64,000 nucleotides of DNA, from positions 1 to 64,000 of the forward strand of contig KZ538366.1 in the NCBI GenBank assembly GCA_000934665.2. Direction: 5' to 3'. Under the pieces are notes generated by a model. The model was not told the DNA's origin, made no database searches, and worked only from the letters and a program-made list of their open reading frames with translations. Source of the DNA: Catajapyx aquilonaris (Eukaryota). Both the position numbers and the translations under genes were made by a program. This document shows, in pieces, positions 12,578 through 23,921 of the stretch (within the stretch, counting starts at the first letter, position 1; each line of letters starts with the position of its first letter).

Positions 12578-15500
12578 TTACTTCCTGTTCCTGATGGCAA
12601 AGAAGGCGTCTACCAGGTACACCACCGCATTAATGATGCAAAGCGACTGTAAAAAAAACAAACAGCTCAAATTAGCACCATTGTTGCGAATTTCGCCACC
12701 CTGTTTCGCTGTGCACTGGTTAATTATCTCACCCCCATAGCAAGGCCTGCATTCCTCTGCTCGGTTCCCTTGTATGCCTGGTCGTAGGTCATGACCGCCA
12801 TCACGCCAGCTGTCAGCATCGCCACCACGCCAACAACATTGTAGAGGACCTCCTGCAAGTTGACAAACGGTTAATTACCATCATCATGTGTCGCCCTTGT
12901 TTGAACCCGATGTGTCTCGAGTTGACGCCACTTTATAATACGACGTACCAGGATCGTCTTCTCCCATCCTCCTCCGAAGATGTGGACCACCAGAAGAGGC
13001 AGGGTGACCAGGATCATGCCTCCGATTGCGATGAATCCGACTGCGTTTCGGTCGTACACATCCTCCCGATGCAATGAGAAGATCAGGTAGTATGCTCGAA
13101 TCAATCCCAAGCACACCACTGCAAGGGCCTGGAAAATAATTACACAAATAATTAATAAAGCTGGCCATTAAAATTAATAGTTCAACTGATCCACCAGAGG
13201 CGCTGCCTTCCTCCATTGCACAAAAAACGGGGACCAATCGGAAGCGACCAGCAAACAACACACGGCGAGCCAATCGGAAGCCTCGGTCATACAAAAAGCA
13301 GGATTTTAATACTGTATTATACTGAATGCTAATTGCAAAGGCTTTCTGACTAATTAAATGAAAAATAATCAGTTGGCTCTTTCGGGGCTGTTTGGCATTG
13401 CGCCATTGCGTGCCAGGAAGTTATATACGGCTAAAAAAGCAGGATTAGTTTAAGTCAGTTGTTCCAAAAATAACTCCGGAATTTTCGTGCTGTAAATCTC
13501 TCGGTTCGTTACCAACCTTGTTTTTTCCCCCCAGAGGTAGTTTACCCCCTGTTGCCGTAATTTATATTGAAGACGAATAAATAACATCTAGGTTGATTTT
13601 ATTCATATAATATGGAACACCCTGTGAAGCACCCTTAGTTTCACATTATCCCGAAGGTCTTTGACCGGAATTGTGGTTGAAGTGGCATCAACTTGGCCTC
13701 GCTTGGTGCAACAGAAGAATCAGAACAACGGTCGGGTTCTTCAAGCCGTCAACCCAACCCACAACACCGTTCATCTTTTTTTTTCTTCCTTCTTCCAACT
13801 TCTCAAGAGTGTGGAGAGAAAAAGATCCCCCCCNGAATAGCCTTGAACAGTTTTTGGTCCCAAAAGAACGCTCTCTTATAGAGGGATTTTTACGAGCAAA
13901 AAAAAAATAAAAAATGATCCGAAGCGTGCTTTAGGTGCCCCTGGGTCGAACCCCACGTGCGTTTCTTACATAACCATCCCTTTTTTCCATATGTGACATC
14001 ATGCGCAACATATATCCACCAGTATATGTAACAGCAAGTGATGAACCACATGCTTGCATTACATCGACATCGTATTTATTTAGGTCACGACCCTTAAGTA
14101 CGTCCCATCGTCCATATGCTAATTAGCCAGTTGGTTGTTATCATACGAGCAATTATTAATATATGGGCGATTTTTTTTAGAGCGCACCTAAAACCACTGA
14201 ATATGAACGTGGCCAAGACCGACTTTTGAGCAGCCAATTTGCAGATTTTACCTGCAGGGCTTCAATGGCAAATGGAAAGGTCTGACTTGTTTGAAAAGGA
14301 ATCGGGTCAGCGGTTCTCACCCTTCCAATTACGCCCAGTTGAACTCAATTAAAACTCACACCCTCATATAAGACAGATCCTACGTCTCCTTTAAAGCATT
14401 GATCTGTTTTTGTTATCGTGTCAACACAAAGTCGCAAGTATACGCCATTTTTTGCACGACAAGATTGCTCAGTTTTTAAGAGACGAGTCTGCCGACCCTG
14501 CCCACTAATTTAGTGTAATCAAAGAGCGGGCCCGGTCTTATAAACAATGTACGACCAAACAAAGTAGAAAATTGTAGGCTAATATTGAACGTTTGCTATA
14601 CGAACAAACATTGATATGTGTACAGTGTCACACAAATCCTTGTAGGAATCAGTCCACAAAAATGCGGCTGGGAATAATCTTGGTCTTTGCTGCTACTCTG
14701 GTACATGCTGTACCTGAAGCGACGCAGTTGGTGTCCGCATTGTTGGAGTACATACTCGATGATTGTACTTTGGTGATTGCTCATGACTACGAGTATTTGC
14801 CTGCATTGTTTCGTGATGTTGTGTCAGACAGGGTGGTACAGTTGGTACGTCCGAACCTGATGACCACAGAAGACGAACCTGTGAACGACACAGTGTACTG
14901 GCATTCCTGGCTGCATCGTCGGTCAGCTAAACGGCCGTCGAATTGCGCGACATTCGTTGTCCTGTACCGAGACCTGCCAGTATTGATGGAAAAAATCGGA
15001 CGGCATGTGCTGATCGACACCTTCGAGGACCGGTTTGTGTTCTGGAACCGCGATGGCATCCAGGACGTGCAGACTGCGTTGACCGACGCAACCACGAGTG
15101 TCATCCGGTACAAAATTGGCCTCAGGTACGACAACGAATCCCTTCACATGTACTCAATCTGCTTCTTCTGCAACAACGGTCAACCAGACCTGGTGTCCAT
15201 CGGGATGTACTGGTTCAACAGACTGGTATTGCACGGACCTATTTTCCCGGATTTCACCCGGAATTTTTATGGCAGGTAAGTCCCGAAATATCTGGTTGTT
15301 AATTAAAAAATATAATTAGTGATCACTCGTATAGGTTGCTACGTGGCAGTTACGTGTTCGCCACAAATGAGAGTGAAATCCGGGAGCTGAAATCCAGGCG
15401 ACAACTGGTGTACCCTCCGGACCATACCATGCTGGAGATGGGACGACATCTGAACTTCCATTGGGTTGTGGACAGAGTGGACGTCGGAGAAGCAGGGGTC

Positions 15501-18500
15501 ATCGATACCCAGTTGGACGACGGTACATGGACAGGCATGGTCGGAGAGGTGCTGTACGGCAAAGTTGACTTCGGATCTGCCTCGATCATGTCCGATTTTG
15601 GTCTGGAGGCCATCGACTACACCGGTCCGTTCCTGTACGAACTGGGCACGATGCTGACCCGCATACCTCGACCTCTCTACTCCTGGAAGGTCATCGTACA
15701 GCCGTACACTCCCGGGATGTGGCTTCTCATCCTGCTGGCCTGCATCGTCGGTGGGTCCACACTCTGGTTCATACTCTGGATGCTTCGAAAGGTCACACTG
15801 CTGTACACTCGCAAACCATCAGCACCCCCGGTACCCTACGCATTGGGATACCTGTTTCTGACCCTAATAGAAGAAAACCCCGAGGTACTGGCAGGGAGCA
15901 TATACCATACATAAGAGGCGCAAACATTCGATTTCCGCATCTCTCTGTTTGGGGAACTGCCCAGGCTGGCGGCCATTTTGAAGTGGGGGCAACGCCAACG
16001 AGGTATAAATAGGGTACAGGCAAAAGTAAGGTCCGCCATCTTTGATTCGCGCGGGTTCTTGCCGTGTAGTTGCAATGGCCGCCAGAACCATCAAAGATGG
16101 CGGACCCTATTTTTGCCTGTACCCTATTTATACCTCGCTGGTGTTGCCCCCACTTCAAAATGGCCGTCAGTCTTGTCAACGACGCGGATATCAATGGCAC
16201 TGACAGAAATTTGAGTCTGTTATGTAGTATATGCTCCCTGGTACATGCCATTTAACAATTTGTTTCAAATCGGCTTAATTATTGTGTCGTCGTACAGTCG
16301 GTACCGACCCCACATTCGTCCAGGGTGTTCCTGACCTTCTGGTGGCTCTTCGCTGTGGTCATCTCCTGCGGGTACAACAGCAAGCTCATATAGGGTTCCT
16401 GGCCGTACCGGAGAAGGAGGTCATACCCACCACGTTCGAGGAGCTGTACAACTTCGGATGGCAGTACGGCGCCATGTACCCACACAAGGTGTTCTACCAC
16501 ATGCTGATCGAGAAGTCCGAGATACCTTTCCTTCATTTCATGGAGTCTCAGCTTCAGTCCATGGACACAATGCGCGACTGTCTGAAACGCGTTTTGAACG
16601 ACGACTTTGCCTGCATGTCAGTCCGGATCTACCTGTGGCCTGCTGCCTACGAATTCATAGATTCGGATGGGTTCAACCCGTTCGTGGAGGGCAAAGAGGA
16701 GACCCTGAAGATGTACGTGGCCTACTCGGTGCCCAAACACTACGTGGCCAAACCCGTCATGTCTTGGGTGGTCAGCCAACTGGCCAGCGCTGGTCTTCAA
16801 GAGTATTACGTCAAGTACGCGTACACCACAGCACTTGAGACTCAACTGGTCAAGGCACGAACTGAGGACCGTAAGTACCAGGCGTCGCTGGCCCTTCGTC
16901 TCCAGCAACTACAGGGTGTCTTCTACGGACTAATCATGGGGTTGGGTACAGGTTGTCTCATGTTGTTGGCTGAGATTTCGAGGGAACGTCAGAAGAGGTC
17001 ACGTATGACCGGGACGTTCATGCCGTAATTATGTAATGTCCATCAAGTACGTTTTGACCTCTCAAGTGATTAGGTCACACCCGCACATTTGCATGTTAAT
17101 AAAAGCTAGTTGGTTGCACGGTGATTCACTGACCGTCCGAAAAGTACTGCCAGCACATCAAATGAGCGCAACCGAGTGCGCAACATAGTTCGCGCAAATT
17201 GTTTCCAACACTACGACTTTTGCGACCTTGTCAACGCTCTGGAACGAACCTTAGGCCGAGCGCAAATAATGCAATTTCTGTGCGACGTCGGCGCGATTAG
17301 TTGCATCGAGCCAGGATGCGCGCGCAGCTTTCGGGCGACGATACGTCACATATCGACGCAATTTCCACAGATATGAATTTGGCCCCTGGGGAGTAACTGT
17401 GTCAACATTGCCGTCAGAACAATTTGCGCGAGTGTGGGTGCGCACTCGGTTGCGTTCGTAAAAAAAATCCACCCATAAGTTATATTTAGGTCATATTTGA
17501 GTAAGAACTGAAAGCATTTGAGTGAATATACGCATGAACGGACATAATGGAAACATCACTCACTCGACACAAAGATTTTAATCGCATTGTAAGCACTGCG
17601 GCGACATGTGTGCGCATATAATGTATAAGCAATAAGCGAGGAAAGAACAATAAACCGTTCCTTTACGCAACCTATACTATATACACAAAGGAATATTTTT
17701 CTTTCAGGTTTTTAGTTATGAGATAAGATATTCAGACTAGCCCATTTGGTTTGCCCCCCCGAAGCCATCTTCCTTCAAGGTTAAGCCCGTAAAAATAAAT
17801 TAAATGAGAAATGGGGACACGGTCGGACATACTAAACGCGTAATGCAAGACAAGGTACTTATTTCTTGCAGTACGTACAGCCATGCTGATTGTTACCAAC
17901 ACAACTTTTTTTTTAAAGGCCTTAAAACTCGGTTTGAGAATATATTGTAGGCGTGCTTCATCGGTCGAAGAAGAATGTCCATCTTGTCCTTGGCCTGGAA
18001 ACAAACCCCTTTGAGATACAATGGTCCTTTCCCCTCGGTCCTCCTCTTCAACCCCTTGGTATCTGTAACCCAGCCGCATGTATTATTCATCATGGGGCAC
18101 AAGGTCAGGTCGCTAAAGCGATTGTGACCGAAATACTTAAAGGGGGGGACCTGAGAGCCAAACCATCTGTGCTACTAATAATTACTGTACATCATTGGGA
18201 GTTAAGTCTACGGTACTTTAATCTGTACCGGATGGTATGTGATGATGGTGACTCATCATATCACGCACACGATATATTTTTTTTTCACACTCGCAAAATA
18301 TGTGTAAATATAGCTCATCGTGTCACTCCATATCAAACTTGCACTCACTACATGCTATTATTTCGAGCAAATTTTTTACCCCACCCTAGCCACGCCCTTT
18401 CTTTTTTTTAAAAAGGGTCATCGATCACATTTGCATTAACTCATCCTGCACGTACTTCACGCACACTTCGACCACGCACAGTGCGTACTAATGAATCCGG

Positions 18501-21056
18501 CACTAATTACGCTCACTAAATATTTTGTGAATGAAATTCGCAAAAAAAAAGTACAGTGGACATTAATGGTATCGTACTTGTGGCGCCACGAGTTGTTGAC
18601 AACAAAAGAGCGAATTGAAATATCCCCTCCGTATATGACAACCTTCACTATTTTCTCCCCCTGGCATCTGTACATTTTCCGGGGGGTATCAGCCAGGGGT
18701 TGCCCTGCAGTGTGCCCGGGGCCGTCCTGCAGTGTGGCAGGGGCCGTCCTGTAATGTGGCAGGGGCCGTCCTGTAGTGTGCCAGGGGCCGTCCTGTCCCG
18801 AAAAAATGTACAGATGCCAGGGAGAGAAGATAGTGGAGGCGGTCATACTGAGGGCATATTCCGATTCGCTCTTTTGCCGAAAACGACTGGTGGCACCACC
18901 AGTACGACACCATTAAATGTCCAGCACTGTACATATTGTCAAGTAAAGAGTAGCTCGAGCAAAGAGGTGTGACATAACCTGACCTTCTGCGGGGTTTGAC
19001 CTTCGAAAGGCGCCCATATGTCGCATGTAACTCACACCTACATTTTCCGGAAGGCGAGTCAATTTAACCACTGCGTATAATACGATCATTAGAACGACCA
19101 TTGTCATTCCCGTCAGTTTAGGGTCTTGATTAATATGAGAATGCGCAGTGAGTGAGGTCAGGGATATATGACTCATCAGTGTCGCCACTCCGACTCTTCA
19201 ATCGATCTACTCGAATTTATTTAAATTTTTATTATTTAATTTTTTTCCCACGATTGAAGCTTGGTATATGGTTTAAGAAAATTGGTTGAGCATCCGGCAG
19301 AGTGATTTACAACCGAGTTCCTCTTTTTTCTATCCTGTACAAAAAGGGATGTTTTTTTTTGGAGGGGGTGTGGACCACGCCCTTTTCATTTAGGGGATCC
19401 TTTAGGGAATTCATCGACTCTTTTTACACATACACGAGAGAATAGACAGGAGGCTATTTCTGGGCTTGTAACGTGTGGGACATGTTACTGTAAATTGAGG
19501 GAGAGATTGGTGGGTGTTGTTGTCATATACTTGCGTGAAAATGGTTCATGACCGACACGAGGCTGTAAATCACGAGTATCGTAATAACGGGCTAAAAGGG
19601 CATTAAATGACATTACCCCGACCTTGGGTACGTGTCATATACCTAAAGGTCGCTGCTTTTTTTGTTCATCGAATAATAATCATGTACTATAACACTACGC
19701 AAAAAAAAAAGATTACAGTATGGTGTACTTAGTCCAATATTACAATCAACGGGAGGATTGATTATTAATTTATTAATTTTAATTTATTTACTGCGCATTG
19801 TGTTACTTGGGGCTGTTTTGCCGGTTGATAGGAGTCATACTATGGCAAGTGATATCAGTGCGATATTAATAGTAATGAGCGTTCTCTTGTTATATAGAGG
19901 TTTTCCGGCAGGATATGAGCCTCAGAGAGCGATAGTGAAATATTATGACTATGTAATGAGAGAGGGTTAACATAAAAAGAAAAATATAATTTCACGGTCG
20001 GCGGTTTACGGGTTGAACTTTGCTAATCACACTCGTCGCGGTTCATTAGCGTATTTAAAAAAAATCTGTACATGACCTCTAAGGCTTGGGATCATACACC
20101 CCTACATGCAAATTCCTTCCAAGAAATATACCGCGCAATAATTGCTCGGTAAAAAAAATACTTGCACTGCAAGTACTGTGTGGCGTAGTAAATCGAGCAT
20201 AATAATTATTTCATTTAAATATTTATACATCGGTGACATCATGACGCATTTTTTTGGGCAAGAACAGGTGTCTGTAACTGCAAGGTTTTAGCACGTACGT
20301 AATAATTTCCGCACGCAATTACAGTCTTCATCTTTAGCAGCCTTGTAATAACATCGTAATAACCAGACCCCATGACCAACACACGCCCAGATCCAATTGT
20401 TACGCAACATTTTTAAAAACAATAATTAGCACAAAATAGCATTATTCAGTCTTCGGTTTTGTTATTATCAACGCAATAAAGCCGGAGCAATTATTGCTAA
20501 ATGAAGAAAATTAACACAATAACGCTCCTTTTAAAAACATGGTTTTAATGTACGTAAAATATCAACTGTTGACCATTAACTACCTGATTAGGAACACTGT
20601 GAGTACTAGTTTTTAGACTTTTTCTCATCGGGAAAAACGGCTTTGTCCGTCCGTCTGTGGACAGGTATCATTCATGATACCTGTCCACAGACGGACGGAC
20701 AAAGCCGTTCTATAAGTGGCCTAAACTGCAAGAGATAGCCACAAACGGTTTTCGGATTCGAATTCATCGTAACCAAAATGTAGATTTCCATGGTCAACTT
20801 CCCAGTGAGAAAAAAAAGTCGACTCGAATCACGTTTTTGCCAATCTCTGTTTTAAAAAGGTCGAACACGAGAATGTTTCCGGGCTCAAACGAGTAAATTG
20901 TTCACTCCCAGCAACCGGATTGGAAAGGAAGCAACAACTAGTTGCATCTGTTTGAACCGGGTTGCTGGGGAGGCAAACAATTTCAAACTCTGGCAAACTC
21001 ACAAGTTCGATGATTTTGAGGAAGCCTGTCGGCCTGGCAAGTACTCCGCAGTTCAT
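12578..21056 (-). CDS. MARVEL-type four-TM protein, Snakeskin-like, about 140 aa
   Basis: Exons 21056-21003 (MNCGVLARPTGFLKIIEL), 13128-12949, 12852-12733 and 12646-12578, all phase 0. The N-terminal TGFLKIIEL is MARVEL-like. The C-terminal QRNAGLAMGSLCIINAVVYLVD resembles Snakeskin-family TM4 (recalled similarity). Confidence 0.8.
14662..17028 (+). pseudogene. Divergent ionotropic receptor (IR, iGluR-related chemoreceptor) with a 2-nt frameshift; about 630 aa if repaired
   Basis: Signal peptide MRLGIILVFAATLVHA. Exons 14662-15275, 15335-15884 and 16298-17028. Motifs IFPDFTRNFYGR, DGTWTGMVGEVLYGKVDFG, IVQPYTPGMW, RVFLTFWWLFAVVISCGYNSKL, ASAGLQEYY and LRLQQLQGVFYGLIMG. In-frame TAG at 16391-16393; removing one TA from CTCATATAGGG restores the frame. 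Confidence 0.8.
15892..16240. mobile_element. hAT-like MITE in IR intron 2 with an internal inverted repeat of about 77 bp
   Basis: TIRs CAGGGAGCATATAC and GTATATGCTCCCTG (14 bp perfect). Flanks GTACTGG and GTACATGC look like a degenerate TSD. Internal arms at 15970-16046 and 16090-16166. Confidence 0.8.
17165..17454. mobile_element. MITE family A copy
   Basis: Inverted ends GCAACCGAGTGCGCA..TCGCGCAAATTGTT and AACAATTTGCGCGA..TGCGCACTCGGTTGC. Confidence 0.7.
18552..18931. mobile_element. Palindromic MITE family B (TA-CAGTG...CACTG-TA ends, Tc1/mariner-like)
   Basis: Imperfect inverted arms of about 130 bp starting TACAGTGGACATTAATGGT and ending ACCATTAAATGTCCAGCACTGTA. The centre holds short GGGGCCGTCCTG tandem units. 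Confidence 0.75.
20611..20825. mobile_element. DINE-1/Helentron-associated (HINE)-like element containing a perfect 35-bp-arm hairpin
   Basis: Inverted subterminal motifs GACTTTTTCTCATCGGGAA and TTCCCAGTGAGAAAAAAAAGTC; GTCCGTCCGTCTGT microsatellite-like core; palindrome at 20636-20709. Confidence 0.5.
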
Positions 21057-21215
21057 GGTTGGTAGATGAGGTTGGTCCAGCGCGAGTGTGAGCACAGCAC
21101 AACCTTTCTTCTTCGGCAGCAAAGGGGCAAGTGATGATGGCCCCCTGTTTGAGGGTTGCCTAAAAATCCCTCTCTCTCTCAGCCCCACCCCTCTTCACCC
21201 CCTCACCTCTCTTTT

Positions 21216-21356
21216 TTTTATAAATGTAGTTGGCTGACTTCTTTTTTCCCGCCCCCGTGTGGTACGCCCAAACTACAAAAAAAAACACCATGAAACCAAT
21301 GACATCACCAAAGAGCAGCCAATGGGAGGGCCGCCGGAAGGTGATCCGTGACGTCA
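21216..21356 (-). promoter_or_regulatory. Candidate core promoter of the MARVEL gene
   Basis: Minus-strand TATAAAA at 21216-21222, about 160 nt upstream of the ATG. CCAAT motifs near 21296 and 21319. CRE TGACGTCA at 21349-21356. Confidence 0.45.
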
Positions 21357-21851
21357 TAACATGCGGACATTATTTGGGAAGGCTGACCTCACCATTGATG
21401 CTGAGTTCACTTGACACTTCGGAATGTGATGGCATAACATTTTTATTATCCGGGAATCGGGGTCGATGAGTCACACACGTCTCGTGATCGCTTTTTTTTT
21501 TTGCATATATCGGTTGCAAAATCTTGTGACGCCGATATGCGCGCAACTAGGCCGATTCATTGTGGTTTGTAAAGTACTACGTATATTTGGTGAGGTCAGG
21601 GCAAATTAGATTAGGCGTTTTTTGAATGAGGTTAGCGATTTCCAGGTACTTTCCATTGGGCAATGGTCCAAGTTCACGAGTTGAACGATTACGCGGACAA
21701 TTAGACCGTCACATCGCCCTCAGGAATTATCACATGTCGCACTTTCAGTTATTTGGTAATAATTTTTGGCGAAAGTGTTATATACAGCGACATTGCATTT
21801 CGCATCGTTGTATCGATGCTATATCCGGGGTTCCTGCTTTTCTGCCACTTC

Positions 21852-21961
21852 CCCAGGAAGCACAAAAAGTTGGGCCAATATTGGAGCCAATATTGGCCCA
21901 ATATCTAAGATATTGGGCCAACATTCGTCCAATATTGGTCCAACTTTTTGTGCTACCTGGG
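21852..21961. mobile_element. Short palindromic MITE
   Basis: Inverted ends CCCAGGAAGCACAAAAAGTTGG and CCAACTTTTTGTGCTACCTGGG, with internal CCAATATTGG palindromes. Confidence 0.65.
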
Positions 21962-22101
21962 TTCGCCTCCTGCGGCCAAGGATGACCTCGGACTTCAAGT
22001 TCAATGTGCTAAAAACCTTCCCCGTTAAAAACTACCCCTAATAATCCCCACTGGGGCATATGTCCAGTCCTCCGTATTGATTTGCATCGGGAACGTACAG
22101 A

Positions 22102-22567
22102 TAGGGCTGTGCGATATTTCGATATATCGACTGTCGATACGATATTTTCCTAATATCGAAGTTGCGATATCCGACGCTTGGCATGCTCGATATATCGAAT
22201 ATCGGTTTTCGATATTTTTCGATGTCGGCTCGATGTCAGTTTTTCGATTTTCGATATATCGACTTCGATTCGATATTTTTCGATGTCGGTTCGATGTCGG
22301 TTTTTCGATTTTCGATACATCGACTTCGATTCGATATGTTTCGATGTCGGTTCGATGTCGGTTTTTTTATTTTCGATATATCGACTTCGATTCGATATTT
22401 TTCGATGTCGGTTCGATGTCAGTTTTCGATTTTCGATATATCGACTTCGATTCGATATTTTTCGATGTCGGTTCGATGTCAGTTTTCGATTTTCGATATA
22501 TCGACTTCGATTCGATATTTTTAAGTATCGAAAGTGGATATGTAATTTCGGATATAGCACAGCCCTA
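22102..22567. mobile_element. hAT-type MITE carrying about five 60-bp internal tandem repeats
   Basis: TIRs TAGGGCTGTGC and GCACAGCCCTA. 8-bp TSD CGTACAGA / CGTACAGT (7 of 8 match). TCGAT-rich internal unit. Confidence 0.85.
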
Positions 22568-23059
22568 CGTACAGTACAGACATACGTTTGGTAATATGTA
22601 TTAGATTCAGGTTAAAAAATGGCTGCGAAACATTATGCGCGAACATGCATATTTTTAATTCCAGTTTTTATGCCATAGAAGCGTTCACATTAACAATAAA
22701 TTGTTTCACTGATTTTACCTCTCATTGTTGCTGACCTATTGTTGAATCACCTTTAATTTGTTAATCACGCAACAATTGGGTTACAGCAACTATAAAGTCA
22801 GGATGAGCTCGATTAGCATACACTCTCACGGCCTCATGACGATGACTTCATGCTCTTCAAATCTGGCCAATGTAATGCTCAAATGGAATGTGGTGGTTGC
22901 GTAATTAATCATATACATCATACTGTTGACATATAATTTATTTTTATTTTTCAAAAAAAAAAAACTACATCAGGTTGAGCCATTACCAACCAAAGGTCTT
23001 CAATTTCTAAACAACACCTGCACATTCTAGTGAAAACTCTAATTGCACTACCCGCAATT

Positions 23060-23545
23060 AATATCTATTATTATGAAAAGGCAATGTTTGCTTGCTTGTT
23101 TGTCCAGGTACCGTGGCAACACTGGTGGCAACTTTATAGTGAAAACCGGTGAAAACCATATAAATTATGCGATCTGTGGTGATACAAAATTAATTACCCG
23201 CAATTATTCTCTAATTATTATGAAAGGCAATGTCTGCTTGTTTGTTTGTCCAGCAGGTTATTTGGTTGCCATGGCAACACTGATGGCGGTTGCAACTTTA
23301 GTGAAACTGCAAATTCTGGCCCAAAAATGCAAACAAATTAATATCCTGTAATTAATCTCTATTATTATGAAAGGCAATGATGCTTGTTTGTTTGTCCAGC
23401 AGGTTTGGTTGCCATGGCAACACTGATGGTTGCAACTTTAGTGAAACTGTGCAAATTCTGGCCCAAAAATGCAAAAATTAATATCCTGTAATTAATCTCT
23501 ATTATTATTATGTAAGGCTGTGTTTGCTTGCATGTTTGTCCAGGC
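23060..23545. repeat. Degenerate tandem repeat of about 145 bp (3-4 units), possibly Helitron-end derived
   Basis: CTATTATTATGAAAGGCAATG..GCTTGTTTGTTTGTCCAG recurs near 23064, 23210, 23358 and 23497. Confidence 0.7.
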
Positions 23546-23921
23546 TGGGTAGGATCACGTGACCTGGCAGGTGTGCCAACAGCACATTTCAAAAATAAAA
23601 AAAAACGCGCCCTTACGTCATTAGTTCGCATTTTTGCCGCATCTGACCGCCACTTACCCGCTCGCAACACTTATTACATAAAAAAAATCAGCATAAAACA
23701 ATTACACGATTTAAACCACTAAATCCACTGCCACTGTTTAATCATGATGTTTTTTTAAAGATAATTGCGACACATGTTGGCAACTTCCTGTGACTGTCGG
23801 ATGAAGCAGCAAACAACAACAACAGGGGGCTTGTAATCAGCTTGTAATGAGTGTAATGTCAATTAAGGTAATGAGGGGGGGTCGGTTTTAATGAGTAATT
23901 CATGACCTGAGCAATGCAGTC

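Noticed and set aside
16391..16393. Stop-codon readthrough rescuing the IR
   Set aside because: The lesion is a frameshift, so readthrough alone would not restore the downstream domains.
22077..22604. Repetitive ORFs of 120-175 aa in several frames
   Set aside because: They are by-products of the 60-bp tandem repeat inside a MITE.
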